From contig JAQGDQ010001288.1 in NCBI GenBank assembly GCA_030141605.1, positions 1-49,543 on the forward strand: a stretch of 49,543 nucleotides of DNA, in the 5' to 3' direction. The position numbers and the translations under genes are program-made. The stretch is from Tubiluchus corallicola. Its lineage: Eukaryota > Animalia > Priapulida. The notes beneath the pieces were generated by a model, which saw nothing but the letters and a program-made list of their open reading frames with translations, was not told the origin of the DNA and did not search any database. Shown here in pieces: positions 13,166 to 26,419 of this stretch; position 1 is the stretch's first letter; each line of letters begins with the position of its first letter.

Positions 13166-14055
13166 TAACTTGCGTGGTTGTACACACTATTTTATTGATC
13201 AGCTGCTTGTGGGCCAAGTGCTGTGCACAGATCCAGGAAAAACTAACCGATCAGCCAAAAAGAAATTAAGGTCGTTTCATCTTATAACAGGAATTTCTCC
13301 TTAAAAATAGAGTAGACTTGAAACCAAAGTGTATCGGGGTGTTGTCTCTGGATACTTGACAATTTCTGCGTTAGTTGATTTCACACAAGTGATTCTATAC
13401 ATTGTTGCCGAACAAACATTGCAGTTGCTGAATTTTTTTTCATTATTTTGTCAAAAATCGATTTTAAATTTGTTTGAGGTAAGTAGATGCTTTTCGTACA
13501 TATTTTTGCAGGAAAGCCCATTGCGCAAGGAGTAGAATCCTACAAAAACTACCCAATATAACATAATAACATTGTTTTTTGTCGCGTTTCCACAAAACAC
13601 TTAGCAACCGCACAAATGTTGGTTGCTATGGATTTTGCAAGAACACATTTTGCAAACACCAATTTGGCGAATCTGCTGGTGCCGATAAGTCGGCCACTAA
13701 ATGTAATACAGGAATATAAGGGAACGAACGATATTAGACCGCATTGTTCATTACATTTTTTTGTATTGTTGGGTGCTGTCAAATAAGTGTACTTTAAAAA
13801 TTCTAAACAAGGCTAACTTATTCAATTTAAGACGTTATAAAGTTAATTTTTTGCTAAAAATTGTTGCTTTTTTAGCTTTTGTGCGAGTTTTTGTGAAAGG
13901 TGAACGGTGAGAGAGTTTCAAATTAAACAATTAATTAATAGAGTTTAAGGTGTTAACTTATTGTGCAAATTATCCATTCATAGTCATCCGAATCATCATC
14001 GTCATCATTACCACATCGTATATCATCATCTTCACCATCGTCGTCAACATCTAGT

Positions 14056-14574
14056 CAGAGATGAGGATTTTCCACGGATACGCGGAATTCTGAGTTTTTG
14101 GAAGACCAGTAGTGCCATTATTGTAAATCGCGTAAATTCGTTGAGGAAATTTTTACGGACCCAGTACATTATTTCACAAACTGACCGCGAGTTGACAGGC
14201 CGTCACTTTGTTTACATCACGTACATCAGTGTAACCACATGTATATCTCTATGTATAAAAATATAGAATCAATTGTGCGGAGTTATTTGAGTCAATTGCA
14301 GACAGTTTTTATATACTTTTGCATAGGAGCGGCCAGTACTTAGGCATTTTTGAGACAATTAGGTATCATGTATCCTTGATAGTTGGGTATTTTGAATTAT
14401 GCATGAAACAAGGTAATTGATATTTTAATTCCACTTAGAGGCTCTCTGTGGTCACAAAATTGCAATTTGTTGCTGTCCCCGAGGGGGCTCCCTTGAACCC
14501 CATTGGGGGCCTAGGTGGCCCCAAAACCCCCGGCCTGTTTCAGAGTTTTTTGCAATTTGTCAATCTCATCCCTG
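14056..14574. mobile_element. MITE family A copy 1
   Basis: TIR cag(g/a)gatgag/ctcatccctg; 8-bp TSD catctagt. Confidence 0.9.
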
Positions 14575-14834
14575 CATCTAGTAAAACAAATTGTCTCCTA
14601 ACGTTTCTACCTTCCCAACTTTACCTGAAGGTTTTAGTTGTATGACGTAATGTGTACTGGCTGCTGGCTTCCATCAATTTATTATTCCAGTACCAGAATC
14701 CTATCGCTTTATGATCAGCTTCTGCCAGACACCGCGTTGTGGGGTGTTGTGTCTGTCAATGATGCCCACTAATTTGGAGGTTAATTAATTATTGTCTATA
14801 AATTCTTTCAAGTTTGTACAAATTCGGCAAACCT

Positions 14835-15245
14835 TCAATTATGTGTTACTAGTGTTACTAATGTCAATTATGTGTTACTAAAGTTGCTAATGTCAATTAT
14901 GTGTTACTAAAATCACTAAAGTCAGTTATGTGTTACTAAAGTTACTAATGTCAATTATGTGTTACTAAATTTGCTAATGTCAATTATGTGTTACTAAAGT
15001 TACTAATGTCAATTATGTGTTACTAAATTTGCTAATGTCAATTATGTGTTACTAATGTTACTAATGTCAATTATGTGTTACTAAATTTTCTAATGTCAAT
15101 TATGTGTTACTAAAGTTACTAATGTCAATTAGGTGTTACTAAATTTGCTAATGTCGATTATGCATTACTAAATTTGTTAATGTCAGTTATGCGTTACTAA
15201 TGTTACTAATGTCAATTATGTGTTACTAAAGTTACTGATGTTACT
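14835..15245. repeat. 29-bp minisatellite, about 14 copies
   Basis: tcaattatgtgttactaaagttactaatg. Confidence 0.95.
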
Positions 15246-15258
15246 TTTGCAAATGTAG

Positions 15259-15410
15259 GACCTCAGCTGTTTTTCACTGGTCGACCACTCGTGTATGACT
15301 ACGACGGGACTACAGATGGAATAGTCTTGATGCCAAGGGCGGAATTCAAACACCCTGGAATTGTTCGCGCTCTAGAGTTCGTATCAGAACCAGGAGATTT
15401 TGTGTTTTTG
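15259..15410 (+). CDS. PKD1-like exon 6
   Basis: atgtag/gtaagc; GPQLFFTGRPLVYDYDG...EFKHPGIVRALEFVSEPGDFVFL; phase 1-0. Confidence 0.85.
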
Positions 15411-16073
15411 GTAAGCAGACATTGTTTTTTTTACATTTTCTCTCCCAAAATTTTGTTTCTTTTTTGGTGACATGTTTATGTATCTCGTACTTTAATTTGC
15501 CAACTACGTCTTAAGGAATTATACATGTTTTGCTCCCTTGGGGAAAATTCTGGAAAATCCTTGAAAATGTAGGTTATCCTGGAAAGTCAGGGGAAAAGAT
15601 AATTTGGTAAAAAATCGGCAAAATGATGAACATGGGGCAAAAAGTTAGGGAAATTGGAAAGGGTTGCAGAAATAATCACAGTGAACTGGTATTTTTCCAA
15701 ACATATTTTTCAGCGATTCGTGTTCAAATAAAGTTTTACCATGACAGGATCCCAGTTTCGATTTCTGTTCCAAAAATAATGATTGGTCGACACATTATAT
15801 GTCAGTATATGTATGAATGTCCATGCACAAAAATGGCTGAATATGCATACTAGTAATGCAATTTCTGTTTATCTTGGCCAAGGAAAAGTTACGAAAAGGT
15901 CAAGTAAATTTATTTTAAAATTCTGTGGAAACCCCGTACTCGTGTCACATTTTTATTCGTCAGCTGATAAAAATCAAAGCCATCTTAGCAGAGAATAATT
16001 AGGGCATCTTAGGGCAAGAAAACACTCTTAAATAAAGCATAAAATTTATCCTGAAATTTTGTATCACTTACAT

Positions 16074-16485
16074 CAGGGATGAGAATTTTCCGCGGAAACG
16101 CGGAATTCCGAGTTTTTGGAAGTGCCATTTTTGTAAATCGCGTAAATTCGTTGAGAAAATTTTTACGCACCCAGTACATTATTTCACAAGCTGACCGCTA
16201 GTTGGCAGGCCGTCACTTTGTCACGTCACAATAGAATCAATTGTGCGGAGTTATTTGAGTCAATTGCAGACAGTTTTGATATACTTTTGCATAGGAGCGG
16301 CCAGTACTTAGGCATTTTTGAGACAATTAGGTATCATGTATCCTTGATAGTTGGATATTATGCATGAAACAAGGTAATTGATATTTTAAGTCCACTTAGA
16401 GGCTCTCTATGGTCACAAAATTGCAATTTGTTACTGGCTAATGGCCTGTTTCAGAGTTTTTTGCAATTTGTAATTCTCATCCCTG
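16074..16485. mobile_element. MITE family A copy 2, internally deleted
   Basis: cagggatgag/ctcatccctg; 6-bp flanking repeat ttacat. Confidence 0.9.
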
Positions 16486-17124
16486 TTACATGCCGTCTTA
16501 TTCCTCACAGAGCTTATATTAGCAGTAATGTTGTGTAAAACGTGAATTTAAATTCCCACAGATCGTTAGGCGCAGCTATTTTGATAGTAAGTCGTTTGAA
16601 AAAATTTAGATGACATTGCATAAAGTCTGAAAAATAATTAGAGCATTCGTATGCACTTTCCACTAACTAAGCAAACGTTTAAATTACTTTATATTGTCAA
16701 TATGATCAGTAATGCATTTCTGGTGAATCAGTGGTGCAAACTGGGATGGTGTTTTACCAGGTGGCACGAATATATTAAATTATTAAGAATTTTCTATTAA
16801 TAATAATTTCTAATAATTCTTTCATTCTTGAAAAAAATAGTATGTTTCCTTTCAACGTTTTAAAGAGTAGATTGTTTTGACCTGCAGTTTGAGATTGGGT
16901 CCAGTTTTGTTTTAAACATTTTATAAGTTTTTTCCAAAGCCGGCGACCGTTTGTCGACATCAGCAAAAACACCCGTGAGTGTTTCGTGACTGTTTAGCAA
17001 ATTTTTCGCTCATGTTTGGCGACTGTTGGACGTTGCTGCCGTCGAGAATCCCGTGAAAGCCTGGCTTAAATACTGTATAAGAATTCCCATGTTGCCAATT
17101 ATAATATTGGCTTCTGTGTTGTAG

Positions 17125-17515
17125 GTTTTCTCCCCGGACTGTAACGGTGGCTCGTTCAACTTTGAAAAGCACGACTGTTCTGGCGATTTCGATACAGTGA
17201 ATTGCGACAGTTCAAAACATTATCACCCGGAGTTTGGTTGCCGTGCCGACAACGACCCGCTTCCCGCTGAGCGTTTCCCGAACCCGCCATCGCTCTCCTA
17301 CAAGGTCAAGCACAGACTCGCGGTTACCGCGGCAACGACAAGACAACAGGTGTCCGTGATGAATGACGATAGTGTAGTCGTAGCCGCAGGTGACATTGTC
17401 GGTTTTGAGGCCAACAGCGGAGCACTCATGGCATTGACAGATGCTGGAGAATTTGTGGATTTCAAGTATGAAGGAGGCCTGCCAAGTTTGGGTGTTGATG
17501 CAGTAGTGAAGCCAG
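17125..17515 (+). CDS. PKD1-like exon 7
   Basis: ttgtag/gtacga; VFSPDCNGGSF...VVVAAGDIVGF...; phase 0-1, GC-richer than flanks. Confidence 0.85.
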
Positions 17516-17581
17516 GTACGATTTCTGATTAACTCTTTCATGCTGTAGTGAAGCCAGGTACGATTTCTGATTAACTCTTTC
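17498..17581. repeat. 42-bp tandem duplication spanning the exon 7 donor
   Basis: atgc(a/t)gtagtgaagccaggtacgatttctgattaactctttc x2. Confidence 0.9.
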
Positions 17582-17654
17582 ACACAAAGGTCCTTTCTTA
17601 CCTTCAACCAATGTCCTACTCACATTAACCATTGAATTGTCAATTAAAAATATG

Positions 17655-18301
17655 TAGTCAGATCTTTGTTATACCCCCCACCCCACCCCGTTATAACGGC
17701 AGCCTTGCCATAACGCCAACTTTTGCCTTGTCGCGATTTTCATAACATATTAAATATAGGAAGTAGCTCAACCTCACCTAGCGCCATCTGTCAATATATC
17801 TGCTGTGCCAAAAGTCTGTTTTACACAATAAATTTACCACATTTGTTACGCCAGCCAAGATAAAGCACAATGAATTACTGCTGAAAAACAGCCATAACAT
17901 TGTAGCTATTTGACTCGATGTCAAGTTATATTCGGCAGCTATTTTTAGTCTTAATTACCTAGTAATGTTACGACATTGGGAGCGTGGGTGGGCTGCGTGG
18001 CTGTATATTTCTCTTGTCAGGGAGACAGCAATATTTCACAACATTGCTACTCCACAATGTGTTACCTAAAAGTTACGCAGCAAGCAGCCGTAGAATTACA
18101 CCTGCATTAATTATGTTATTGCAGCAAAAATGTACAGTATAACACATGTGTTGTTGTAGGTAATTTAATATTCTACTATTTGTGACCTATCAAAATTGAC
18201 TAGGAAACAAAATAGAGGAGGTTACACCCTGGAATGGCCTTACCGCCAACACCGCTATAGCGCCGCATTTAGTTATGGCGTTATAACCAGCTTTGACTGT
18301 A
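17655..18301. mobile_element. Degenerate Tc1/mariner-like MITE
   Basis: Imperfect inverted ends with gttataac/ataacgcc motifs, ends gactgta. Confidence 0.4.
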
Positions 18302-19039
18302 GAAATATACAGAAATATGGATCAAGGTAGGGATGCATCTGATCCAATTCTGCCGATTCCGGACTCAGATCCGGGTCTGTACATGCATGTTTTGTTCTGG
18401 CTCTACAATTTGGCGTAAACGATACTTCATTTGTTCATGTTCATGTGGCGACATCACCTGTCCGTTTCCGGGGTCACTGAGTAATTTTAACTGCAAACAT
18501 TAACTGTAACATTAACTGTAAGCAGTGTAAACAATAGTAAACAAATGAACATTTGTGTACTATAATTTTGAACACTTGATCCGTGCTTGGTATAAACCAA
18601 AAAACCGCAAAACTGTGCTTCTAATGGAAGTAAATCTTTAGCTGACATATTGCAGCAATATTTTACATGTTATTTGCTGCACTGAACCACAGCATGAAGA
18701 TTGCCGGTATTGCTTGTGTTACAAGCATGGCGGCATAAAAACAAAGTGACATTTTTGTAACTTTCTGAAGATTTTAATAAAAATTCTTCAAATTCTTTAA
18801 AAAAATTAATCGTAGGAAGCAAATGAAAGTGCGTTAAAATGACTCGTATCAAGTTGGATGAATGTATCCAAAGATGGTAAAAACACCATTCTCAAAAGTA
18901 CAAAGCACAATGTACACCAGTTTCAAAACACCGAAGAGTGATCTAGAGATGTACAGGATCCAGTGCCACATCCTGAGATCCGGTAATTCTAACGGATCCG
19001 GGTCCGAAAAAAATGTTCGTCAGATTTTGCACTGTTTGT

Positions 19040-19530
19040 ATTTGTATTTTTATATATGAAAGTAGAAATAGATAAAAAATCGTATAAAACTTTTTTTTAT
19101 TTTTATATGAAAAATAGAAGTAGCTATACATATAAGAATATAAAAAATCGTATAAAACATTTTTTTATTTTATTTGAAATTACATATACATATAAAACAT
19201 AAAAATCGTATAAAACATTTTTTTATTTTTCATACATAAATACATACATTTCATCATATAAAAATATAAAAATCGTATAAAACATTTTTTTTATTTGAAA
19301 TTACATATACATATAAAAACATAGAAATCGTATAAAACATTTTTATATGAAAAATTGAAACAGATATAAAAACAAAAAAAATCCCAATAAAACATTATCT
19401 TTATATGAAAAATAGAAGTAGATATGCATATAAAAACAAAAAAATTGTATAAAACATTTTTTATATTTATGTGAAAAATAGAAGTAGATATACATATAAA
19501 AATATAAAAATCATATGAAATAGAAATTCA
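19040..19530. repeat. Degenerate AT-rich tandem repeat
   Basis: Recurring aaaaatcgtataaaacatttttt. Confidence 0.8.
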
Positions 19531-19804
19531 GGTTACCCTTCCACGTTTTGGAACTGGTCCACCTTGTGCTCCTTACTTTTGACAATGGCCTATTTACAAT
19601 TTTTGGACACGGTAGTCCAACTTGATACCAGTCATTTTGCTACTTTTTAATTCGGTTTCTATGATAAACAGAAAAGGCCATTTTATGTTTATCATAGTGG
19701 TAACTATTTCAGACTTTTGTCATAGTGTAGAAATATACCTAATGTATAGAATTGAAGACTTTGTTGGCTCCCGTTTCACTCCTGTTTTTTTTGCCGATTT
19801 TCAG

Positions 19805-19968
19805 GAGATTTGACGGCATTGTCCGGGCATGCTCAAGTTCGAGGTGTTGCTGAAGTACCACTGCAAGTTCGCTTTTATCACACTTACGTAAATATTGCGA
19901 CTTTTGCTCCTACATTTATGGACGAACAACCTGTGTACGAAGTTATTGTTCAAAGGGGGATCGAACAG
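19805..19968 (+). CDS. PKD1-like exon 8
   Basis: tttcag/gtaggt; GDLTALSGHAQVRG...RFYHTYVNIATF...VIVQRGIEQ; phase 1-0. Confidence 0.85.
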
Positions 19969-20146
19969 GTAGGTGTCATCGTATTAGAATGTCATTTCTT
20001 TTTCGTTTCGTTTTTTCAAACACAAATTGTTTAGCATTGTGTGGAATTTTCGTGTGCATGTTACAAAATTGTGGTTTTGTTATAAGGTTATTGAGTTTCT
20101 TACAATTTCGTATATCTCAGTTTTATTATTTTTCCTACCTTGTATG

Positions 20147-20538
20147 TCTCAGTTTTATAATCAAGCCTCTTTGGTCTCAGTTTTATAATCATGCCTCTTT
20201 GGTCTCAGTTTTATAATCAAGCCTCTTTGGTCTCAGTTTTGTAATCAAGTCTCTTTGTTCTCAGTTTTGTAATCAAGTCTCTTTGGTCTCAGTTTTATAA
20301 TCAAGCCTCTTTGGTCTCAGTTTTATAATCAAGCCTCTTTGGTCTCAGTTTTATAATCATGCCTCTTTGGTCTCATTTTTATAATCAAGCCTCTTTGGTC
20401 TCAGTTTTATAATCAAGCCTCTTTGGTCTCATTTTTATAATCAAGCCTCTTTGGTCTCAGTTTTATAATCAAGCCTCTTTGGTCTCAGTTTTATAATCAA
20501 GCCTCTTTGGTCTCAGTTTTATAATCAAGCCCCTTTGA
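20147..20538. repeat. 28-bp minisatellite, about 14 copies
   Basis: tctcagttttataatcaagcctctttgg. Confidence 0.95.
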
Positions 20539-21974
20539 GTACATTGCCTGGTACAAGTAACATAATCGGGGCAATGTTCTTATATATGTAGATATGTCTT
20601 TGAACTAATTGGCAAGACGCAAAAAAGGGTTACCTAGTTTCTTGAACTTACTGGTTTAATGAGACGTATTAGCTGTATTATTTAAAAAACAGTAATAGAG
20701 CGAAACTCGTATGCAGTCGCCGACACCATGCTTGTTGTGACGGTTTGTGGGAACAAAACTAATATATTATAACTGGTCTAGGGTAATTTAGCGTCAGTGT
20801 CTCAAATCTAAAGCTCGGGTCACATGTTCTCCGTAAGTGTGAACGACTAAGCAGGAAACACTAAACAGACAGAGCTCGTAATTTACTAACATGTCAAGGT
20901 AAACATTTCTGCTAATTTCATCACCAAACGTTTGGGTACATGTTGGGGCAATTCTCCTATAGGACTCGATTATCTTACTAAATATAATCATTGAGTTATT
21001 AATCGTAAAAGTGTTCTCACAAACTTTGAAATAGAACTATTAAACACCTGGATGTTGTGCAAATCATACAGTATATTATTGAACAAGAACAAAGCAAAGA
21101 ACAATTGTACATACAGGAGAAAATAATACCTACTGGGCCCAGATTTAACAAGTAGCAAGGAGTATACTCATGTTTATACGTAGTTCCCGATGGCCGGCTC
21201 TTCCAGAATACATCAAGGACGGTTCACAGTCCCAAATCCACGAACTTTTACTGGAATAAGGAGGATGCTCCACCATGTAGCCGATCCATGAGTTCTGACA
21301 CGCCACAAGTAGTTTAATCTGGAATCGTAGTCGTATCTCTGCGTCTCCTCTACCGCCGAATAGCATAGCCAGGATGCTGCGGGCTCCACCACTATGTAAA
21401 CACTCCACCAATGCTCTGAAAGTTTCAGAATCCCTGACAGGGTGGGTTGTCAAAGAGCTCCTCTAAGTGAAGAAGTATGACGAGGCAATTACCTCACTCC
21501 TGAGTCGTGCTGGTGCTACGTAAAGGTTGTTGATACAACATTGTGCATTTAACTATTGTCTCTCACAGGACAGCAACTGAATTTTGCCATTAAGGCCAAA
21601 ATAAAACTCATAGACAAAACGTGTCTCAAACAAATGACGAACAGAAGAAAGGTACCAACTATGTCGACCAGGTAAAAACGGCCTGGCTAGACATCCGTTC
21701 AACAGAAAATTCGGTACCTGAATGAAGTGGGCAAAACATTAGCCTAGATAGAATGACCTTGTATATAATGCATAGTATCCAATGGCTTCTATACTGTTCA
21801 AAATCTTATAGGGATGAATGGCCCTGTATATCGGTCAGTTAGCTAGCGGTCATGCATCGCATGGCTGTGACACTTGTGAAGAGGTAAAAGTTTAAAGTGT
21901 TTAATATGCTCTCTGAATTTGATATACGTGGCTCACTGGAAAGTTAATTCATCGTCTTAGTGTTACCTTTTGGT

Positions 21975-22373
21975 TAGGGGTGAACATCGAACGTTTGAGT
22001 TTGAACGCTCGAATTCAATTCGAACAAGTTTTTTTAGTTCGAACTCTTTTCGAATCCGAAACTATAGATTCGAATAATTCAGCACTTGAATCACATTATG
22101 TTCTTTATCATTAAAACGATTGAAACATCATGCAATTAGCATAATTTAGCTGTGATTTCTGCGCACAATTTTACAGAAATTACTAGTCGTTTTATTGCAG
22201 AACAAAATGTAGTGATATGCATGATCTTTGTAAGACTAATTTTCACTAGTGGTTCAAAAATCTTTCAATCTCAATTCAAATTCGAAACACTGAAGTTCTG
22301 TTCGATTTGAATTCGAAAGTCACAAATTCGGTTCGATTCGAATTCGCTTTCTGGTAGAGAATGCTCACGTCTA
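21975..22373. mobile_element. hAT-like MITE family E (ttcgaa-rich)
   Basis: taggggtgaacat/atgctcacgtcta; 7/8 TSD (c/g)ttttggt; partial copy about 25965-26297. Confidence 0.75.
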
Positions 22374-22847
22374 GTTTTGGTTTGAAAGGTAAAAAAGTGT
22401 AATTTAACTTTGGAATAAATGAATGGCAGCAATGAAACCAGCAGTTCAAGGGGTTTTTGTTTGGCTGCAACCGTTGTCTGGCATAGCAAAAGGGTTAAAT
22501 GTAAAAACTGGGCAATGGTCATATTAGGAAATTCATCTATGGCACGACACAATCACCAACTTGGTGGTATTCGTGATTGGGCCATCCACGTTTCTTTGCA
22601 TGACTACTACAGTAGAATAAAATGAACATTACCTAGGTAAATGTAGATAACATATATTTATTAAAGCAGAACTTTTCACGCTTGAGGAAGTCTATATAGC
22701 AGAATTTAGATCTCATTTGAGGCCTCCAAAGTGACCTAAAATACAGGAAAATGCTTAGCAGTAGCTATAGCAGTAGCAATAGCAGTAGTTTAACTTAAAT
22801 GTTTAACTTATAGTGAAAGAAAGTGACATATTTTGTTTGTTTTTCAG

Positions 22848-22953
22848 ATAAGTATAACAACTGGTCCGGAAATGACACTTGAAGGCGATACGATCATTGC
22901 GGCCGCTGGTGAAGATTGGATATTTGAGAACCTTCTCTATGACGAATATGGAG
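22848..22953 (+). CDS. PKD1-like exon 9
   Basis: tttttcag/gtttgt; ISITTGPEMTLEGDTIIAAAGEDWIFENLLYDEYG; phase 0-1. Confidence 0.75.
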
Positions 22954-22985
22954 GTTTGTAAGCGAAACTCGCTGGAACTGTAAAT

Positions 22986-23962
22986 CATGTAAAAACTGTA
23001 GTCTGGTACCAAGTAAAACTGTAGTCTGGTACCATGTAAAAACTGTAGTCTGGTACCATGTGAAAACTGTAGTCTGGTACCATGTAAAAACTGTAGTCTG
23101 GTACCATGTGAAAACTGTAGTCTGGTACCATGTAAAAACTGTAGTCTGGTACCATGTGAAAACTGTAGTCTGGTACCATGTGAAAACTGTAGTCTGGTAC
23201 CATGTGAAAACTGTAGTCTGGTACCATGTGAAAACTGCAGTCTGGTACCATGTGAAAACTGTAGTCCGGTACCATGTAAAAACTGTAGTCTGGTACCATG
23301 TGAAAACTGTAGTCTGGTACCATGTAAAAATTGTAGTCTGGTACCATGTGAAAACTGTAGTCTGGTACCATGTAAAAACTGTAGTCTGGTACCATGTGAA
23401 AACTGTAGTCTGGTACCATGTGAAAACTGTAGTCTGGTACCATGTGAAAACTGTAGTCTGGTACCATGTAAAAACTGTAGTCTGGTACCATGTGAAAACT
23501 GTAGTCTGGTACCATGTAAAAACTGTAGTCTGGTACCATGTGAAAACTGTAGTCTGGTACCATGTAAAAACTGTAGTCTGGTACCATGTGAAAACTGTAG
23601 TCTGGTACCATGTAAAAATTGTAGTCTGGTACCATGTGAAAACTGTAGTCTGGTACCATGTAAAAACTGTAGTCTGGTACCATGTGAAAACTGTAGTCTG
23701 GTACCATGTGAAAACTGTAGTCTGGTACCATGTGAAAACTGTAGTCTGGTACTATGTGAAAACTGTAGTCTGGTACCATGTAAAAACTGTAGTCTGGTAC
23801 CATGTGAAAACTGTAGTCTGGTACCATGCAAAAACTGCAGTCTGGTACCATAACTGTATTCTGGTACTGTGCAAAAACTGTAGTCTGGCACCATGCAAAA
23901 ACTGTAGTCTGGTACCATAACTATATTCTGGTACTGTGAAAAAACTGTAGTCTGGTACCATG
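22986..23962. repeat. 24-bp minisatellite, about 40 copies
   Basis: catgt(g/a)aaaactgtagtctggtac. Confidence 0.97.
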
Positions 23963-24320
23963 TTTTATTTTTATTTTCTAAAATAAAGCAGAGATTGGAT
24001 GCCTCTGATGTTTGTTTACATGTGTTTTATTTGTTTAAACAAAAACTTTCATGGGTGTTTATGTTTGGATATAATGTTTCTAAAACTTTCGGCATCAAGC
24101 CGTCAACCGCCATTATTTTTGCCACTTCTACATGTTGACACACAGCAACTTCTCGCTTAACGTTGCTAATACGTTCCAGCAAATGTGACGCAAACGCACA
24201 CAAATATATTTTCAAAACATTTCTCCAAATATTTCCAAAATCACATTTGTTGGCAAAATTTTCAGTGAAACCTGTGAACCGCCCTCTAGGCATAATAAAA
24301 TTACAATTGTGTAATTTCAG

Positions 24321-24475
24321 GCGATCAAGTAACGTTAACGATTGACTGGGGGCATGATGGCAGGATTTTGGTGACAAACCAGAAGTCTTTTACGCACAAT
24401 TTTCCTCACTCCGGCTTGACCCGCATGTCCATCACCGCTCAAAATGGACTCAGTCAACTGTGCAAGACTTACGAT
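24321..24475 (+). CDS. PKD1-like exon 10, PKD domain core
   Basis: tttcag/gtaaat; GDQVTLTIDWGHDG...THNFPHSG...ITAQNGLS; phase 1-0. Confidence 0.85.
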
Positions 24476-24550
24476 GTAAATTTTTTAGTTTGTTATTCAA
24501 GTAGTTTGCTGGATGATACAGCTGTGCGCCTTATTACTGTATTTGTGGGG

Positions 24551-24760
24551 ACTCTGTGTTCATGTTCAGATGTGCACCATGTTATTGTAAATGTGTTCAC
24601 TCTGTGTTCAAGTTCAGATGTGCGCCATATTATTGTAAATGTGTTCACTCTGTGTTCAAGTTCAGATGTGCACCATATTAGTGTAAATGTGTTCACTCTG
24701 TGTTCAAGTTCAGATGTGCACCATATTACTGTAAATGTGTTCACTCTGTGTTCAAGTTCA
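24551..24760. repeat. 48-bp minisatellite, about 4.5 copies
   Basis: actctgtgttcaagttcagatgtgcaccatatt... Confidence 0.9.
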
Positions 24761-24797
24761 TTGTATATGATGCGTTCATACATAGAGGATTTTCTCA

Positions 24798-25962
24798 CAA
24801 GTTGCCTAATCGTTCACACGTTGCAACTTTACTTGCAGAGAGAACTTGCGCTACAAGTTGTCTAACCGTTCACACGTTGCAACTTTTCTTGCAGAGAGAA
24901 CTTGCACAACAAGTTGCCTAACCGTTCACACGTTGCAACTTTACTTGCAGAAGGAACTTGCACTACAGGTTGCCTAACCATTCACACGTTGCAACTTTAC
25001 TTGCAGAGGGAACTTGCGCAACAAGTTGCCTAACCGTTCACACGTTGCAACTTTACTTGCAGGGGGAACTTGCACTACAGGTTGCCTAACCATTCACACG
25101 TTGCAACTTTACTTGCAGAGGGAACTTGCGCAACAAGTTGCCTAACCGTTCACACGTTGCAACTTTACTTGCAGAGGGAACTTGCACTACAGGTTGCCTA
25201 ACTATTCACACGTTGCAACTTTTCTTGCAGAGAGAACTTGCGCAACAAGTTGCCTAACCGTTCACACGTTGCAACTTTACTTGCAGAGGGAACTTGCACT
25301 ACAGGTTGCCTAACCATTCACACGTTGCAACTTTACTTGCAGAGGGAACTTGCGCAACAAGTTGCCTAACCGTTCACACGTTGCAACTTTACTTGCAGAG
25401 GGAACTTGCGCAACAAGTTGCCTAACCGTTCACACGTTGCAACTTTACTTGCAGAGGGAACTTGCACTACAGGTTGCCTAACCATTCACACGTTGCAACT
25501 TTTCTTGCAGAGAGAACTTGCGCAACAAGTTGCCTAACCGTTCACACCTTGCAACTATTTTTGCAGAGAGAACTTGCGCAACAAGTTGCCTATCTGTTCA
25601 CACGTTGCAACTTTACTTGCAGAGAGAACTTGCGCAACAAGTTGCCTAACCGTTCGCATGTTGCAACTTTAGTTGCAGAGAGAACTTGCGCAGCAAGTTG
25701 CCTAACCGTTCACACATTGCAACTTTACTTGCAGAGAGAACTTGCGCTACAAGTTGCCTATCCGTTCACACGTTGTAACTTTACTTGCAGAGAGAACTTG
25801 TGCACCGTTCACACATTGCAACTTTACTTGCAGAGAGAACTTGCGCAACAAGTTGCCTAACCGTTCACATGTTGCAACTTTACTTGCAGAGAGAACTTGC
25901 GCATCGTTCACACGTTGCAACTTTACTTGCAGAGAGAACTTGCGCATCGTTCACACGTTGCA
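24798..25962. repeat. 56-bp minisatellite, about 21 copies
   Basis: caagttgcctaaccgttcacacgttgcaactttacttgcagagagaacttgcgcaa. Confidence 0.97.
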
Positions 25963-25964
25963 AT

Positions 25965-26297
25965 GTTCGAGATCGGGCGAGAATAGATTCGAATAATTCA
26001 GCATTTTAACCACATACGTTCTTTACTATTAAAACGTCTTAAACATCATGCAATTAGTATAAATTTGCTGTGATTTCCGTGCGATTTTAAAGAATTTATT
26101 AGTCGTTTTTCTGCAAAGCAAGATGAAGCAATATGCATGACTTTGTAAAACTAATTTTTACTGGTGGTTCCAAAATTTTTCAATTTCAATTTGATTTGAA
26201 TTTGAAACACTGAAGTTCGGTTCGATTCGAATTTGAAAGTTACAAATTCGATTCGATTCGAATTCGCTTTCTGGTAGAGAATGCTCACCTCGTCTAA
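25965..26297. mobile_element. MITE family E partial copy
   Basis: Homologous to about 22060-22373. Confidence 0.7.
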
Positions 26298-26419
26298 GCG
26301 TATGAAAAAAATTTATGACTGCACCGTGTGACCATAATTGGTCATAATGTGGCCCTGGGTCATCGTCAGACAATGCTGAGGTGAAAACTGGATGCCGCGA
26401 ATAGAACATGAGCTACTTG

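Noticed and set aside
14691-14779. Possible extra exon (AG...GT, open frame)
   Set aside because: Phase 1-0 breaks the exon 5-6 frame, which already joins directly
22803-23961. Long ORFs (286-371 aa) on both strands; CRISPR-like regularity
   Set aside because: A 24-bp minisatellite read in several frames; no unique spacers, and the context is a eukaryotic intron
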